NCBI GenBank assembly: GCA_041554135.1 | Contig: JBFFML010000001.1 | Location: forward strand, 95,459 to 159,458 | Source of the DNA: Thermoplasmata archaeon | GTDB lineage: Archaea > Thermoplasmatota > Thermoplasmata > UBA10834 | Length of the DNA stretch: 64,000 bases | Reading direction: 5' to 3' | Part shown: positions 44,699 to 54,357 of the stretch, one piece after another | Position numbering within the stretch: position 1 is the first letter of the stretch | Layout of the letters: each line of letters starts with the position of its first letter | The notes under the pieces: generated by a model | The model's database searches: none | What the model was told of the DNA's origin: nothing | What the model saw: the letters and a program-made list of their open reading frames with translations, nothing else | Made by a program: the position numbers and the translations under genes

Positions 44699-47614
44699 TC
44701 AGTCTATCCTTCTTAAGGCCTCGGCGGGAGCCAGCCTGGCTGCCTTCCTCGAAGGAGGCAGTGTCGAGGCTATGGTCACGAGGAACGCGATGAGCATGAC
44801 CAGCAGAACCTCGCCCCACGGTATCACGAACTCCGAGAACTCCGAGAACCCGCCCCACGTGAACAGGCTGCGCGATATGAGCAGCCCGAGAATGACGCCC
44901 ATGGTGATCCCAAGGAGGGACACGAAGGAGGTCTCGATGAGGAACGTCTGCAGCACCATGGTCCTCTGGAAGCCTATGGCCCGCATGACGCCGATCTCCT
45001 GCCTTCTCTCGGATATGTTCCTGACGGTGATTATCCCCAGGCCGGCTATGCCCACGACGAGGCCGACGCCGAGGAAGAGCTCCATGAGCTGCATCACCGA
45101 TGAGGAGACGCTCATCGCCTCCTCCACGATGTCCCTGACCACGATGGCCGTCAGGCCGTATTCCGCCAGCGCCCTCTCCAGCGCCTCCTTGACGTCATCG
45201 TCCGTGAGGCCGTGATCCGCATGTGTGTCGACATAGAACAGCGTGTCCGTGCTGGTGGGCGCACGCTCCCTCACGAACGACTTGTTGGTGAACGCCCCGC
45301 CCACGAGCATCTGGTCCATGATGCCGATGACCTTCACGTCCTCCGTGGAGGAGTCCGCGAACGTGATGGTGACGACTTCTCCGACATCGACGAACCATCC
45401 TCCGAAGGTCATCGACACCATCATCTGCGCCACGTTGCCGTCGAGGATGACGAGGCTGCCGTTGTCCCTCACAGCGTTCCATGCGTCGACGTCCGAAGCG
45501 TACTCCTCGGCCCTCTGAGCGAGGGAGAAAGTCCCTTCCGTCAGCATGGTGTCGCTGAAGCCTATCAGCCCCCTGTTCGAGGTCGCGTCCTCGCCTTTGA
45601 CCGCCATGGACACCATGGTTATCGTCGCCGTCTCCACCCTCGCGACCGCGTCCGCGCCGAGGGTCTCGTCCACATGATCGACGGCCGCGGTCATGTTCGA
45701 CTCGGGTACCTCTCTGAGCGAGAAGCCGATTATCTCGAACCCTCCAGAGAAGTTCTCGGTGAGTGTGTCCACGCTCTCGCGCTGGAATGAGGCGATCATG
45801 GCTATGACTATGACTGTGAACATGATGAGGGCGAATATGAACAGGGTGAGCCCCGTCCGGAACTTCTTGTTCATCGGGTAGCTTATCGCCGCCCTGAAGA
45901 CGGGCAGGAGCGCCCTTCCCCTTCCGAAGAGCCGCACAAGCCCGGCCAGCATGATGTCGCTGTTGAACATCGCGATGAGGACGCCTCCCGTGACCATCAC
46001 CACTCCGCCGACTATGAACATCTCGAGGTCGCCTTCGAGGGTGCCGAACAGGAGTCTGTCGAAGCTGTCATCAAGCGTGTATACGATCATCCAGAGCCCT
46101 GCCAGGGTGAACGGCACCCTCGGCTTGACGAACCTCGTCGCGACGATGGCCAGCCCGAACGCGGTCAGGGCCATGCCCAGCGACGTGCCCGCAGCCTGCC
46201 TCGACAACGCTCCCCCGTACATGAGCAGCCCTCCGAGCACGGCGGCCATCACCCCCGACAACAGGTATCTCCTGTCCGACTTGGTGAGGATGGGCTCTGG
46301 GATGTCCCGGATCGCTCTCACTATGTTGAGTCGGCTGACCCTCCAGGACGAGACGACAACCGTAAGCACGGTGATCAGGAACCCAGCGACGGCCGCCAAT
46401 GCCAGGCTCGACCACTCGAAGTGCAGCGTCCACTCGACTCCCCCGCCCCCCATCACGACGGAGAACGCGCGTATCATCACGAACGCGATGACGAGTCCGA
46501 CGAACGCCCCTGCAGCTGAGGCCAGGAGCGCGTAGGCCGTGCCCTCGAAGACGAAGGTCTGTGTGAGGTCCCCCCTGAGCATGCCCACGGCTCGCGATAT
46601 CCCCATCTCGGACTTCCTCTCCTCCGCCAGCATCACGAATATGTTCACGATGAGCGCGACGCCGGCTATTATGGTGAACGAGCTCATCAGCACGAACAGC
46701 TGGGTGAGCATGTCCGAGACGCCCTCGGCCATCTCCACCTGTTCCCTCTTGACCTCGTTGTACGTGAAATCGTCGGCGTCCTGCATCACGGACTTGAGCT
46801 CGGCCACGGCCTCGTCCGTCACGAGATAGCCCTTCTCCATCGATCCCTCGCACGACACGTCGATGGTCGTGATCATGCCCGGACGCGCGAAGATCGCCTC
46901 CTGCGCGTAGGCGAGCTCCACGAACACCATCTCCGAGAACTGCCAGTTGCCTTGCCCTTCGTCCTTGGCTATCGCCGACACCTGTAGCGATACGGGGAGG
47001 CCGTTCTTGGGATAGATGGCGACCAGGTCGCCTGTGTCGACGTCGAGGGAGTTCGCAAGATCCTCGTTGATGACGGCCCTGCCGTCGGTTATGAGCTCCA
47101 GTGATATGTCGTTCCCCTCGATGTCTTGGAGGTCGTTGACCATGTGCTCTGGGTCGTATGCGAACAGGATGGCGGACGCGACCGATGAGCCGGTCGCAGG
47201 GTCGACAGCCGCGGCCACGTCCCTTATCGTGGGCGCGGCCTCGTCGACGTACTCCAGGTCGCCCGCCTTCACACGGTCCACGAGGTCGTACGCCACGCTC
47301 TCGTCGAAGAACTGGTAGATGCCGATTTCGTCTTCCACTGAGACGATCAAGTCCACTTCGCCCAAGCTCTCGAACACGTCGCCCTTGATGAGATAACCGA
47401 CCGTGTCCCCGACGACGAGCGCCGCGGATATCATCGAAGTGGCTATCAGAAGCCCCACCACGATGATTGCCGAGAACCGCTTCCTCCGGGATATGTTACG
47501 GAAGGCCATCCGTGCGAACACGCTCCTCCTCGCCGCAAGTAGCCCGACGGCCATGAGGACGATGATCGCGATGACAGTGAGCTGGGCAAGGGCGCTCATT
47601 GGGTTGCACCTCAA
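44699..47614 (-). CDS. ABC transporter permease with two FtsX/MacB-type 4-TM modules and large extracytoplasmic domains
   Basis: 971 aa. Two repeats of a TM segment, a large hydrophilic loop and three TM segments. FtsX-like ends: ERKSEMGISRAVGM and ERRQEIGVMRAIGF. TTGA overlap with the ATPase gene. ATG 47599 is an alternative start. Confidence 0.82.
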   Translation of the reverse strand: MRCNPMSALAQLTVIAIIVLMAVGLLAARRSVFARMAFRNISRRKRFSAIIVVGLLIATSMISAALVVGDTVGYLIKGDVFESLGEVDLIVSVEDEIGIYQFFDESVAYDLVDRVKAGDLEYVDEAAPTIRDVAAAVDPATGSSVASAILFAYDPEHMVNDLQDIEGNDISLELITDGRAVINEDLANSLDVDTGDLVAIYPKNGLPVSLQVSAIAKDEGQGNWQFSEMVFVELAYAQEAIFARPGMITTIDVSCEGSMEKGYLVTDEAVAELKSVMQDADDFTYNEVKREQVEMAEGVSDMLTQLFVLMSSFTIIAGVALIVNIFVMLAEERKSEMGISRAVGMLRGDLTQTFVFEGTAYALLASAAGAFVGLVIAFVMIRAFSVVMGGGGVEWTLHFEWSSLALAAVAGFLITVLTVVVSSWRVSRLNIVRAIRDIPEPILTKSDRRYLLSGVMAAVLGGLLMYGGALSRQAAGTSLGMALTAFGLAIVATRFVKPRVPFTLAGLWMIVYTLDDSFDRLLFGTLEGDLEMFIVGGVVMVTGGVLIAMFNSDIMLAGLVRLFGRGRALLPVFRAAISYPMNKKFRTGLTLFIFALIMFTVIVIAMIASFQRESVDTLTENFSGGFEIIGFSLREVPESNMTAAVDHVDETLGADAVARVETATITMVSMAVKGEDATSNRGLIGFSDTMLTEGTFSLAQRAEEYASDVDAWNAVRDNGSLVILDGNVAQMMVSMTFGGWFVDVGEVVTITFADSSTEDVKVIGIMDQMLVGGAFTNKSFVRERAPTSTDTLFYVDTHADHGLTDDDVKEALERALAEYGLTAIVVRDIVEEAMSVSSSVMQLMELFLGVGLVVGIAGLGIITVRNISERRQEIGVMRAIGFQRTMVLQTFLIETSFVSLLGITMGVILGLLISRSLFTWGGFSEFSEFVIPWGEVLLVMLIAFLVTIASTLPPSRKAARLAPAEALRRID

Positions 47615-48414
47615 TATGGGGCGGGCGCGAAATCCTTCTCTATGACGCCGTCTCTCATCATGACTATCCTATCGGCCATCCTGCCGACGTTGTAGTCATG
47701 TGTCACTATGATGAACGTCTGGCGGTTCTCCTTGTTCAGCTTCCTGAGCAACGCCATTATGTCTTTGGAGTACTCGCTGTCGAGGTTCCCGGTCGGCTCG
47801 TCGCCGAAGACGATCTCGGGGTCGTTCACAAGGGAGCGCGCGATGGTGACTCTCTGCTGCTCCCCGCCCGACAGCTCGGAGGGTTTGTGGTCCTTCCATT
47901 CCTCCAGGCCAACGGATGAGAGGGATTCCAGCGCCTTCTTCCGCGCCTCCTTCGGCGAAGTGCCGGAGAGAAGCAGCGGCAGCTCGACGTTCTCAGCGGC
48001 CGTCAGGACGGGCAGGAGGTTGTACGCCTGGAATATGAAGCCGATCTTCTCCGCGCGATAGCGCGTTCGTTCACGATCGGACATGTCGGTTAGCAGCCTG
48101 CCCCTGATCCGGACCTCGCCGCCAGTGAGGTCGTCGAGCCCGGACATGCAGTTCAAGAGAGTCGTCTTACCGCATCCGGAAGGGCCCATGACGGCGATCA
48201 TCTCCCCTTCCTCGACGGACAGGTTCACGCCTCTGAGGGCATCGACCTTGACCTTCCCGGTGTCGTAAGTCTTGGTCACCTCTTTGGCTACCACTATCGG
48301 TGCGGTCTGGTCTGCGGTCCTTCTCCCTGCTACGCCAGCGGAATCGTTCATGCTCTGCCTCCGCGCTATCACGATGCGACGCGCCCTCACGCACGTTGCG
48401 CGACGCGCGTCCAT
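47611..48414 (-). CDS. ABC transporter ATP-binding protein (MacB/LolD-like)
   Basis: Walker A GPSGCGKTT, Q-loop, signature LSGGEQQRV and Walker B IVFGDEPTGNLD. TTTATAAT (minus strand, about 48441-48450) lies about 30 nt upstream of ATG 48414, suggesting a leaderless start. ATG 48351 is an alternative. Confidence 0.9.
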   Translation of the reverse strand: MDARRATCVRARRIVIARRQSMNDSAGVAGRRTADQTAPIVVAKEVTKTYDTGKVKVDALRGVNLSVEEGEMIAVMGPSGCGKTTLLNCMSGLDDLTGGEVRIRGRLLTDMSDRERTRYRAEKIGFIFQAYNLLPVLTAAENVELPLLLSGTSPKEARKKALESLSSVGLEEWKDHKPSELSGGEQQRVTIARSLVNDPEIVFGDEPTGNLDSEYSKDIMALLRKLNKENRQTFIIVTHDYNVGRMADRIVMMRDGVIEKDFAPAPY

Positions 48415-48609
48415 CCCGTTTGGTGAAGCGGATGAAGTCTATTATAAATCTTCACGTCCCCCCACCAAAGGGAACCCAGGACGAGCGAAGGATGCGTACG
48501 CATTGACATAGGTATGCTGTCGTCGCATCCGCCACACCCTCCACGCCTTCGGCAGGACGGAGGCGTTTCGACGGGCTGACCGAAGTCACTTTATATATCT
48601 CGACCTCAC

Positions 48610-49674
48610 ATGTCATGGGTGATGTTGGACTCCCTGGACTTAATGGAACAGCTCGACACTCGCGACGTGCTGGACATGGTCGCCGGCCTGCCCGATCACC
48701 TGTCGGAAGGCCTGAGGCTCGGGAGAGCGACAGGAGCAGAGAGCACAGGTTTCGACAGTGTCGTCCTGTGCGCGATGGGGGGGTCGGCGATCGGCGGGGA
48801 CCTGGTGTCGCATTGGGTCTCCGAGACGACCGATATCCCGTGTCGCGTGGTGCGAGCCTATCATCTGCCCTCGTTCGTCGGGAAGAGAACGCTCGTCATA
48901 GCCGTCAGCTACTCAGGCAACACGGAGGAGACGCTGAGCATGGTCGAGGAGGCCGTGTCGAAGGGGGCCGATGTCACGACGGTGTCTTCCGGGGGGAAGA
49001 TCGAGGAGATCGCGGCCGATGCGTCGGCGCCTCATTGCAGGATACCTCCCGACCTGCTGCCGCGCGCCACGATAGGTTATGTGGTCGGAGCCATCACAGG
49101 CATCCTCCAGTCCAAGAAGGTGCTCGAAGCGGAATCCGATGTCAGCGACTCGATCTCCGTGCTGCGGAAGGTCATCGCCGACTGCGGTCCGGGAACGGAC
49201 ACGTCATCCAACCCTGCCAAGAAACTCGCCCATGAGCTGCACGGCACAGTCCCGGTCATCGTCGGTTACGGCCTCTCATCGCCGATCGCGAAGAGATGGG
49301 CCAATCAGCTCAACGAGAACGCGAAGATGATCGCCTTCGGTTCGGAGCTGCCGGAAATGAACCACAACGGCATCGTCGGATGGATGGGGGACGGCCGCAG
49401 CAGCGGCTTCTCGATGGTGTTCCTCGACCACGACACGCTCGACGAGCGCATGGAGCGACGGGTGGAGGCGACCAAGGCCATGGTCTCAGGACGCCTGCGC
49501 GTGTTCTCGTCCCGATCCATCGGGGCCTCGCTCTTGGGCAACATGTTCTCCCTCGTCGCCGTCGGCGACTATGTCAGCGTTTACAGCGCCTTCCTTAGGA
49601 AGGAGGACCCGTCCACGACGATGCCCATAGAAGAGCTGAAGAGGATTCTATCGAGAAAAGGGAATCGCGCATGA
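48610..49674 (+). CDS. Bifunctional phosphoglucose/phosphomannose isomerase (SIS-domain PGI/PMI family)
   Basis: VVLCAMGGSAIGGDL...VIAVSYSGNTEETL...GYGLSSPIAKRWANQLNENAK...ELPEMNHN. The TATA-like CTTTATATATC at about 48590-48600 argues for the ATG at 48622 as a leaderless start. Confidence 0.8.
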   Translation: MSWVMLDSLDLMEQLDTRDVLDMVAGLPDHLSEGLRLGRATGAESTGFDSVVLCAMGGSAIGGDLVSHWVSETTDIPCRVVRAYHLPSFVGKRTLVIAVSYSGNTEETLSMVEEAVSKGADVTTVSSGGKIEEIAADASAPHCRIPPDLLPRATIGYVVGAITGILQSKKVLEAESDVSDSISVLRKVIADCGPGTDTSSNPAKKLAHELHGTVPVIVGYGLSSPIAKRWANQLNENAKMIAFGSELPEMNHNGIVGWMGDGRSSGFSMVFLDHDTLDERMERRVEATKAMVSGRLRVFSSRSIGASLLGNMFSLVAVGDYVSVYSAFLRKEDPSTTMPIEELKRILSRKGNRA

Positions 49675-49707
49675 CTGTCATGCGTCGTTGTACAGAAGGA
49701 CATGGTT

Positions 49708-49738
49708 AAAAAAAGTGCTTTGAGAGGGCAGAGCCCTC
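49708..49738 (-). terminator. Hairpin plus T7 tract (minus-strand sense) between convergent genes
   Basis: Minus strand reads GAGGGC-tct-GCCCTC, then aaagcac, then TTTTTTT. A second 7-bp hairpin, GTCGAGA-tcc-TCTCGAC, lies at 49841-49857 just after the stop of the RHH-like protein gene at 49880. Confidence 0.4.
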
Positions 49739-49879
49739 CCGTCCGTGCATCCCATCCTTGACCTGCAAAGCAGGCCCATCCTTTCCCTTCTTCCTCGGTT
49801 GAGCGGGCGACCAGCGTCCCCCGGCCCTCGTTCGAAGGCTGTCGAGATCCTCTCGACGGTCCCGTCGTGCCGCTGGCGT

Positions 49880-50281
49880 TCACTGGAGCTTCATGCGTGA
49901 CGCGACACGGGCCATCCCTTTCCTCGTGTCGCGGTTCTCCATCGCCTCAGCGATCTTCCTGCGGACGGCTTCCTTGCCCTCCAGGTAGTAGCGCTTCCTA
50001 TCCTCTACCCATGCCGTCAATGCAAGCGTGACTGCCTCTGACACATCTTTGGCGTCTCCGCTCGCCACGAACATCTCCATATCCTCGGCGAGTGCGGCTG
50101 GCACCGTCGCCTTGATCGTCTCTGAGTTCCACGAGGACGCCTCCTCTTCAAGGTAGCATGCGATGGCATCCCTCACCACATCGGAGACAGAACTCTGGCC
50201 GACCCGTTCCCGGATGGCCTCGAGCTCCAGGAGGTCTTCCTGGGGAACCCGGACATTGAGACGCGCTGACTTGGAAGACAT
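49880..50281 (-). CDS. Ribbon-helix-helix (CopG/Arc-like) domain protein, hypothetical
   Basis: N-terminus ARLNVRVPQEDLLELEAIRERVGQSSVSDVVRDAIACYL fits an RHH beta-alpha-alpha pattern. The rest is unrecognised. Confidence 0.5.
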   Translation of the reverse strand: MSSKSARLNVRVPQEDLLELEAIRERVGQSSVSDVVRDAIACYLEEEASSWNSETIKATVPAALAEDMEMFVASGDAKDVSEAVTLALTAWVEDRKRYYLEGKEAVRRKIAEAMENRDTRKGMARVASRMKLQ

Positions 50282-50497
50282 GCGATCTCGAGCCTCGTAT
50301 GACAGATTGTCGCACAGATTATAAATAGATATCTAGAATTCGCGCGACCGCCGTTTCCGGTGGAACTCTCCGCGTCCGGGCTGGTATCGATGGAACGCTC
50401 GTACGCGACGCCGGGACTACGGTTCGGGATCCCGCGGCACAACCCCTTCCTGCCGAGCCATCATGGAATATGTTTTTAATCTCCGACGGATTCCCCA

Positions 50498-51799
50498 GTG
50501 AGCGTGAAGACCTCGAGGGAGATCGTACAGATTCTACGCGAGACGACGAGGAAGCACAACAGCTGGTTCAAGGAGTCCCTGCCGCTCATAGCCTCGGAGA
50601 ACTTCACCAGCCCGCTCGTCCGCGAGGCCCTGAACTCGGACCTGCAGAACAGGTATGCCGAGGGCCTTCCTGGCAAGCGTTACTATCAGGGCAATACGTA
50701 CGTCGACGAGATCGAGACGCTGTGCGAGGAGCTTGCCCGCGAAGTGTTCAGATGCAGATTCGCGGATGTGCGCTCGGTGTCCGGGACGGTGGCGAACCTC
50801 GCAGTGCTCATGGCGTTTGCGAAGCCTGGCGACAAGATGACCGCCGTGGGACTCTCGGACGGGGGCCATCTGTCTCACGCGAAGATAGGCGCTGCGGGCC
50901 TCAGGGGCGTTAGGACACATCACTATCCGTTCGACAAGAAGACGATGAACATAGACCCTGAGGGGGCCAAACGCCTCATCAGGGAGGTCAGACCGAAGGT
51001 CGCCCTTTTCGGACAGTCCGTCTACCTCTTCCCCACGCCGCTGGCGGAGCTCAGAGACGCGTTCGACGAGGTGGGTTGCGTCGTATGGTACGACGCGGCT
51101 CACGTGTTGGGGCTCATCGCCGGTGGCAGGTTCCAGGACCCTCTCCGCGAAGGGGTCGACGTGGTCTCGGGAAGCACGCACAAGACGCTCCCCGGTCCTC
51201 AGCATGGCCTTATCGTCTCTGACCTCAGGAAGGAGAGCTTCGAATCCTCGCTGAGGCGAGGCGTCTTCCCAGGCGTAACGAGCAACCATCACCTCCATTC
51301 CGTCGCGGCGCTCGCAGTCGCCCTCGCAGAGGCGAGGGAGTTCGGGGAGGCCTACGCCGACCAGACCATCAGGAACGCGAAGGCGCTCGCTCAGTCGCTC
51401 CACGAGCGTGGGCTCGATGTCCTGTGCGAGCCGCACGGGTTCACGGAGTCCCACACGCTCGTCATGGACGTCGTCGAGTTCCACGGGGGCGCCAAGGTGG
51501 CGAAGTCCTTGGAGGATGCGAACATAATAGTCAACAAGAACCTGCTCCCCTGGGACAACGACCCAGTCAGGCCGAGTGGCATCCGGATCGGCTCCCAGGA
51601 GGTCACGAGGTCGGGGATGAAGGAGAAGGACATGGCCGACATCGCCGAGCTCATCGCGCGGATCGTCGTCAAGGGCGAGGCGCCGTCGTCGGTCGTGGAC
51701 GACGTCAAGGCTCTCAAGCGCGGGTTCACGAAGGCGCACTACTGCTTCTTAGAGGGCGAGGAGGCATACGACTACCCCGCCTCGTTGGGCGACCTGTGA
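50498..51799 (+). CDS. glyA: Serine hydroxymethyltransferase
   Basis: LPLIASENFTSPLVREAL...RYAEGLPGKRYYQG...VVSGSTHKTLPGPQHG (PLP-Lys). GTG start. Confidence 0.93.
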   Translation: MSVKTSREIVQILRETTRKHNSWFKESLPLIASENFTSPLVREALNSDLQNRYAEGLPGKRYYQGNTYVDEIETLCEELAREVFRCRFADVRSVSGTVANLAVLMAFAKPGDKMTAVGLSDGGHLSHAKIGAAGLRGVRTHHYPFDKKTMNIDPEGAKRLIREVRPKVALFGQSVYLFPTPLAELRDAFDEVGCVVWYDAAHVLGLIAGGRFQDPLREGVDVVSGSTHKTLPGPQHGLIVSDLRKESFESSLRRGVFPGVTSNHHLHSVAALAVALAEAREFGEAYADQTIRNAKALAQSLHERGLDVLCEPHGFTESHTLVMDVVEFHGGAKVAKSLEDANIIVNKNLLPWDNDPVRPSGIRIGSQEVTRSGMKEKDMADIAELIARIVVKGEAPSSVVDDVKALKRGFTKAHYCFLEGEEAYDYPASLGDL

Positions 51800-51825
51800 G
51801 GGTCAGCGCCCTCCACATTTCTTAT

Positions 51826-52647
51826 ATGACCGTGAGGACTATCAAGTTGCGTTGGTTGTCGATGGCTGGAAGGACCAGGGCTCTTCATGTCGGCGTTGCC
51901 GCGGTGAACGTCGTGATATTCATCCTGGCGTTCACGAGCATATACCCCTTCCCCTCGGGGGACTTCAAAGTCGACCTGCCGTCTGCCAGCGAGATCGTCT
52001 GGGCGTACGACGCCGGCATCGTCACCGTGACCGCGCCTTTCTCTATAGACAACGGAGGGTTCTACGACGTGCGGGACCTGGTCCTCGACTACAGGGTGAC
52101 GAACTACTCGAGGAGCCTGATCGCGGAGGACGCGATAGCGATAGGCACCATGAAGGCCGGCGAGGTCACCTCGGGGGCCATAGTGTTCGAGTTCGACCTC
52201 GTCTCGCTCTATGAGAGCGGCGTCACGTGGATGGTCTTCAACGACGACCTCCTTGATTTCGTGGTGGACGTCTCCTGCTACTACACGATGGGGCTTGTGA
52301 GGTTCGACGCCACGTACTCCGTGAGCCTCCCGTGGGACGCGCTGATACAGGAAGTGGCCGTGGAGGACGCCCGGTTCGACCTTTCGTCCAACGATCTCCT
52401 CGTCGACTACACCGTGGCGACCTCGGACATCCTGTCCGGCAGCACCACGGTGACCGTGACGCTGTACGAGGACGGCGTCGCGCTGTCGCAGGCCGTCGAG
52501 ACGGTCTCGTTGGGCAGGGACCACCACGGCACGATCGCGCTCGATGTGCCGCTCGGCTCCCTCCCCGACACCGTCGGGCTCGAGGTCGTCGTCGCGGACT
52601 TCGAGGTAGAATCGTCGTTCGCCTTGTCGTCGGAGGTGTTCCCCTGA
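51826..52647 (+). CDS. Hypothetical N-terminally anchored protein, beta-rich (possibly LEA_2/Ig-like repeats)
   Basis: In frame with ORF 51424..52647, but the part upstream of ATG 51826 overlaps glyA. TM segment ALHVGVAAVNVVIFILAFTSIY, followed by beta-strand-rich sequence. No family recognised. Confidence 0.5.
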   Translation: MTVRTIKLRWLSMAGRTRALHVGVAAVNVVIFILAFTSIYPFPSGDFKVDLPSASEIVWAYDAGIVTVTAPFSIDNGGFYDVRDLVLDYRVTNYSRSLIAEDAIAIGTMKAGEVTSGAIVFEFDLVSLYESGVTWMVFNDDLLDFVVDVSCYYTMGLVRFDATYSVSLPWDALIQEVAVEDARFDLSSNDLLVDYTVATSDILSGSTTVTVTLYEDGVALSQAVETVSLGRDHHGTIALDVPLGSLPDTVGLEVVVADFEVESSFALSSEVFP

Positions 52648-53345
52648 CGCGCAAGAGCCGTATCCCGGACACGGTCTGGACCGCGTTCACCGAGACCATA
52701 CGCTTCATCGTAGTGCCGATTGTCCTCGTGGATCTCATAACCGACAACTACCCGCAGCTCGCGACGGCGTTCATGTCGGAGATACGGATGTACATAATGT
52801 TCTTCGGCGGGATGATCGTCGCCTCCAGCACCATGGAGGCCGCGAACCGGGTGGGCACATACAAACGCATGCTCTTCGGACTCTCGGCGGTATCCTTCGT
52901 GTGCTTGTGGTTCTTCGTCGTCTTCGGCGGGGGCATCGCGGAGTTCACGTACGGCCCGTACTTCGTCAGGTTCGACATGAGCATGATAGTGTACATAGTC
53001 ATATTCGGCCTCTCCCTCAAGGGCCTGCTGGTCATATCGACCTTCGCCGACCACCGGGGGCAGGAGCGCGAGAGGGTCAGGAAGAGGACGGCGGAACTCG
53101 CCAGGAAGCGGACCCTGGCGACGCGCCTCCCGTCACCACCGCCTCGTGCAAGGACATTCTCCGCCATGACGCCGACGGCCTTCGAGGTCTCGGCGGACGA
53201 CATGGTAGGCTACGCGCCAGCCATCCCCCCTCGGCCGATCGCCAAGGACAAGAAGGTCTGCGAGATATGTGGCGCGGAGGCCGCCGTCAAGGACTACGTG
53301 TGCCGGAACTGTGGCGAGTGGTTCCCGCCGGACTCCCCGGGCTGA
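52644..53345 (+). CDS. Hypothetical 4-TM membrane protein with cytoplasmic Pro-rich linker and C-terminal zinc ribbon; probable CTG start in a CTGA overlap
   Basis: Frame of ORF 52332..53345. Hydrophobic segments are IRFIVVPIVLVDLI, IRMYIMFFGGMIVA, LFGLSAVSFVCLWFFVVFGGGI and MIVYIVIFGLSLKGLLVI. The C-terminus is CEICG...CRNCG. CTG 52644 overlaps the TGA of the preceding gene and gives (M)TRKSRIPD before TM1. The canonical alternatives, GTG 52713 and ATG 52773, truncate or delete TM1. Confidence 0.5.
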   Translation: MTRKSRIPDTVWTAFTETIRFIVVPIVLVDLITDNYPQLATAFMSEIRMYIMFFGGMIVASSTMEAANRVGTYKRMLFGLSAVSFVCLWFFVVFGGGIAEFTYGPYFVRFDMSMIVYIVIFGLSLKGLLVISTFADHRGQERERVRKRTAELARKRTLATRLPSPPPRARTFSAMTPTAFEVSADDMVGYAPAIPPRPIAKDKKVCEICGAEAAVKDYVCRNCGEWFPPDSPG

Positions 53346-54261
53346 CCCTTGTCCGCCTCAGCGACTCCACGAGCTCGCACACTTTGCACCGGTCGGATAT
53401 GGTTGGCTCACCGCATTCGCACCGGCGCAGCGCGGCGGCCGGATACGCCCTCTCGATCGACGAGAGCAGCTCCTCGTGGCTCTTCAATATGGAATGCCTC
53501 GTTCCGGGATGCCTGTCCTCCAGCTGGGCCACGACCCACCTGTAATCGTTCCTCAGCGCCTCCGAGGCGTAGGGGCACTCGAGGTCGTGGTGCCGTATCT
53601 TGCGTATCATCGCGTAGAGCATGGCCTCATTCTCAGGTATCGTCCTTAGGGGCTGTATCCTGGGCACGAGCCCTTCCTGCACCCTCCTGTGGGGCCCGAG
53701 TCTGGCGAGACGCTCGACATCGCCTCTCGAGAAGTTCATCAAGATCGACTGCGCCGTGTCGTCCAGGTTGAGGCCGGTGGCGAGCCGCGTCGCCCCCCAG
53801 CCCTTCGCCGCGCGGTTCAGCGCGGCCCTCCGCATCACGCCGCAGTATGTGCAAGTCGACATGTTCCGCTCCGCCTCCGCGACGTCGTCCATGGTGAAGC
53901 CGTAGGTCTCCTTGAACGAGACGACGATGTGTTCCATGTCCAACAGTCTGCAGTTCTCGGCAACGATTGGTATCGAGCTCTCCCTGTAGCCCTCGATGCC
54001 CTCGTCGACGGTTATCGCTACGAACTCCAAGTCGCGTCTCCCCCCGAGCACCTTCTTCAGCACGTGCGCGGTCACGACGCTGTCCTTCCCGCCTGAGACG
54101 GCGACAGCCACTCGCTCGTCCCTTCCGAGGGTGATCTGCTTTCGGAGCTCGTGCCTGACGCGTTTCTCGACGAAGTCGCAGAAGTGCCTCTTGCAGAGTC
54201 TAGCGCCGCTGTAACGCACGTACACGGCCGACGGCTTTGCGCATTTGTCGCAAGAGGTCAT
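53287..54261 (-). CDS. tRNA 2-thiolation PP-loop ATPase (TtuA/Ncs6 family)
   Basis: From ATG 54261: MTSCDKCAKPSAVYVRYSGARLCKRHF (Zn finger), VAVSGGKDSV (PP-loop), CTYCGVMRR, and C-terminal CECGEPTISDRCKVC. The last 59 nt overlap the convergent gene's 3' end. Confidence 0.8.
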   Translation of the reverse strand: MTSCDKCAKPSAVYVRYSGARLCKRHFCDFVEKRVRHELRKQITLGRDERVAVAVSGGKDSVVTAHVLKKVLGGRRDLEFVAITVDEGIEGYRESSIPIVAENCRLLDMEHIVVSFKETYGFTMDDVAEAERNMSTCTYCGVMRRAALNRAAKGWGATRLATGLNLDDTAQSILMNFSRGDVERLARLGPHRRVQEGLVPRIQPLRTIPENEAMLYAMIRKIRHHDLECPYASEALRNDYRWVVAQLEDRHPGTRHSILKSHEELLSSIERAYPAAALRRCECGEPTISDRCKVCELVESLRRTRVSPGSPAGTTRHSSGTRSP

Positions 54262-54357
54262 CCTGGCCTGATTCAAACGGCGCGTATTTAATTCCTCTTT
54301 CGGCGCCCCTCCGGAATAGTTATTAGTAAACCTATGGCATTCGAGTCGCGATAACGG

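Noticed and set aside
50400-50445. tRNA-like T-arm (GGTTCGGGATCC) in the RHH/glyA spacer
   Set aside because: I could not build acceptor, D and anticodon stems around it on either strand. It is an isolated resemblance only.
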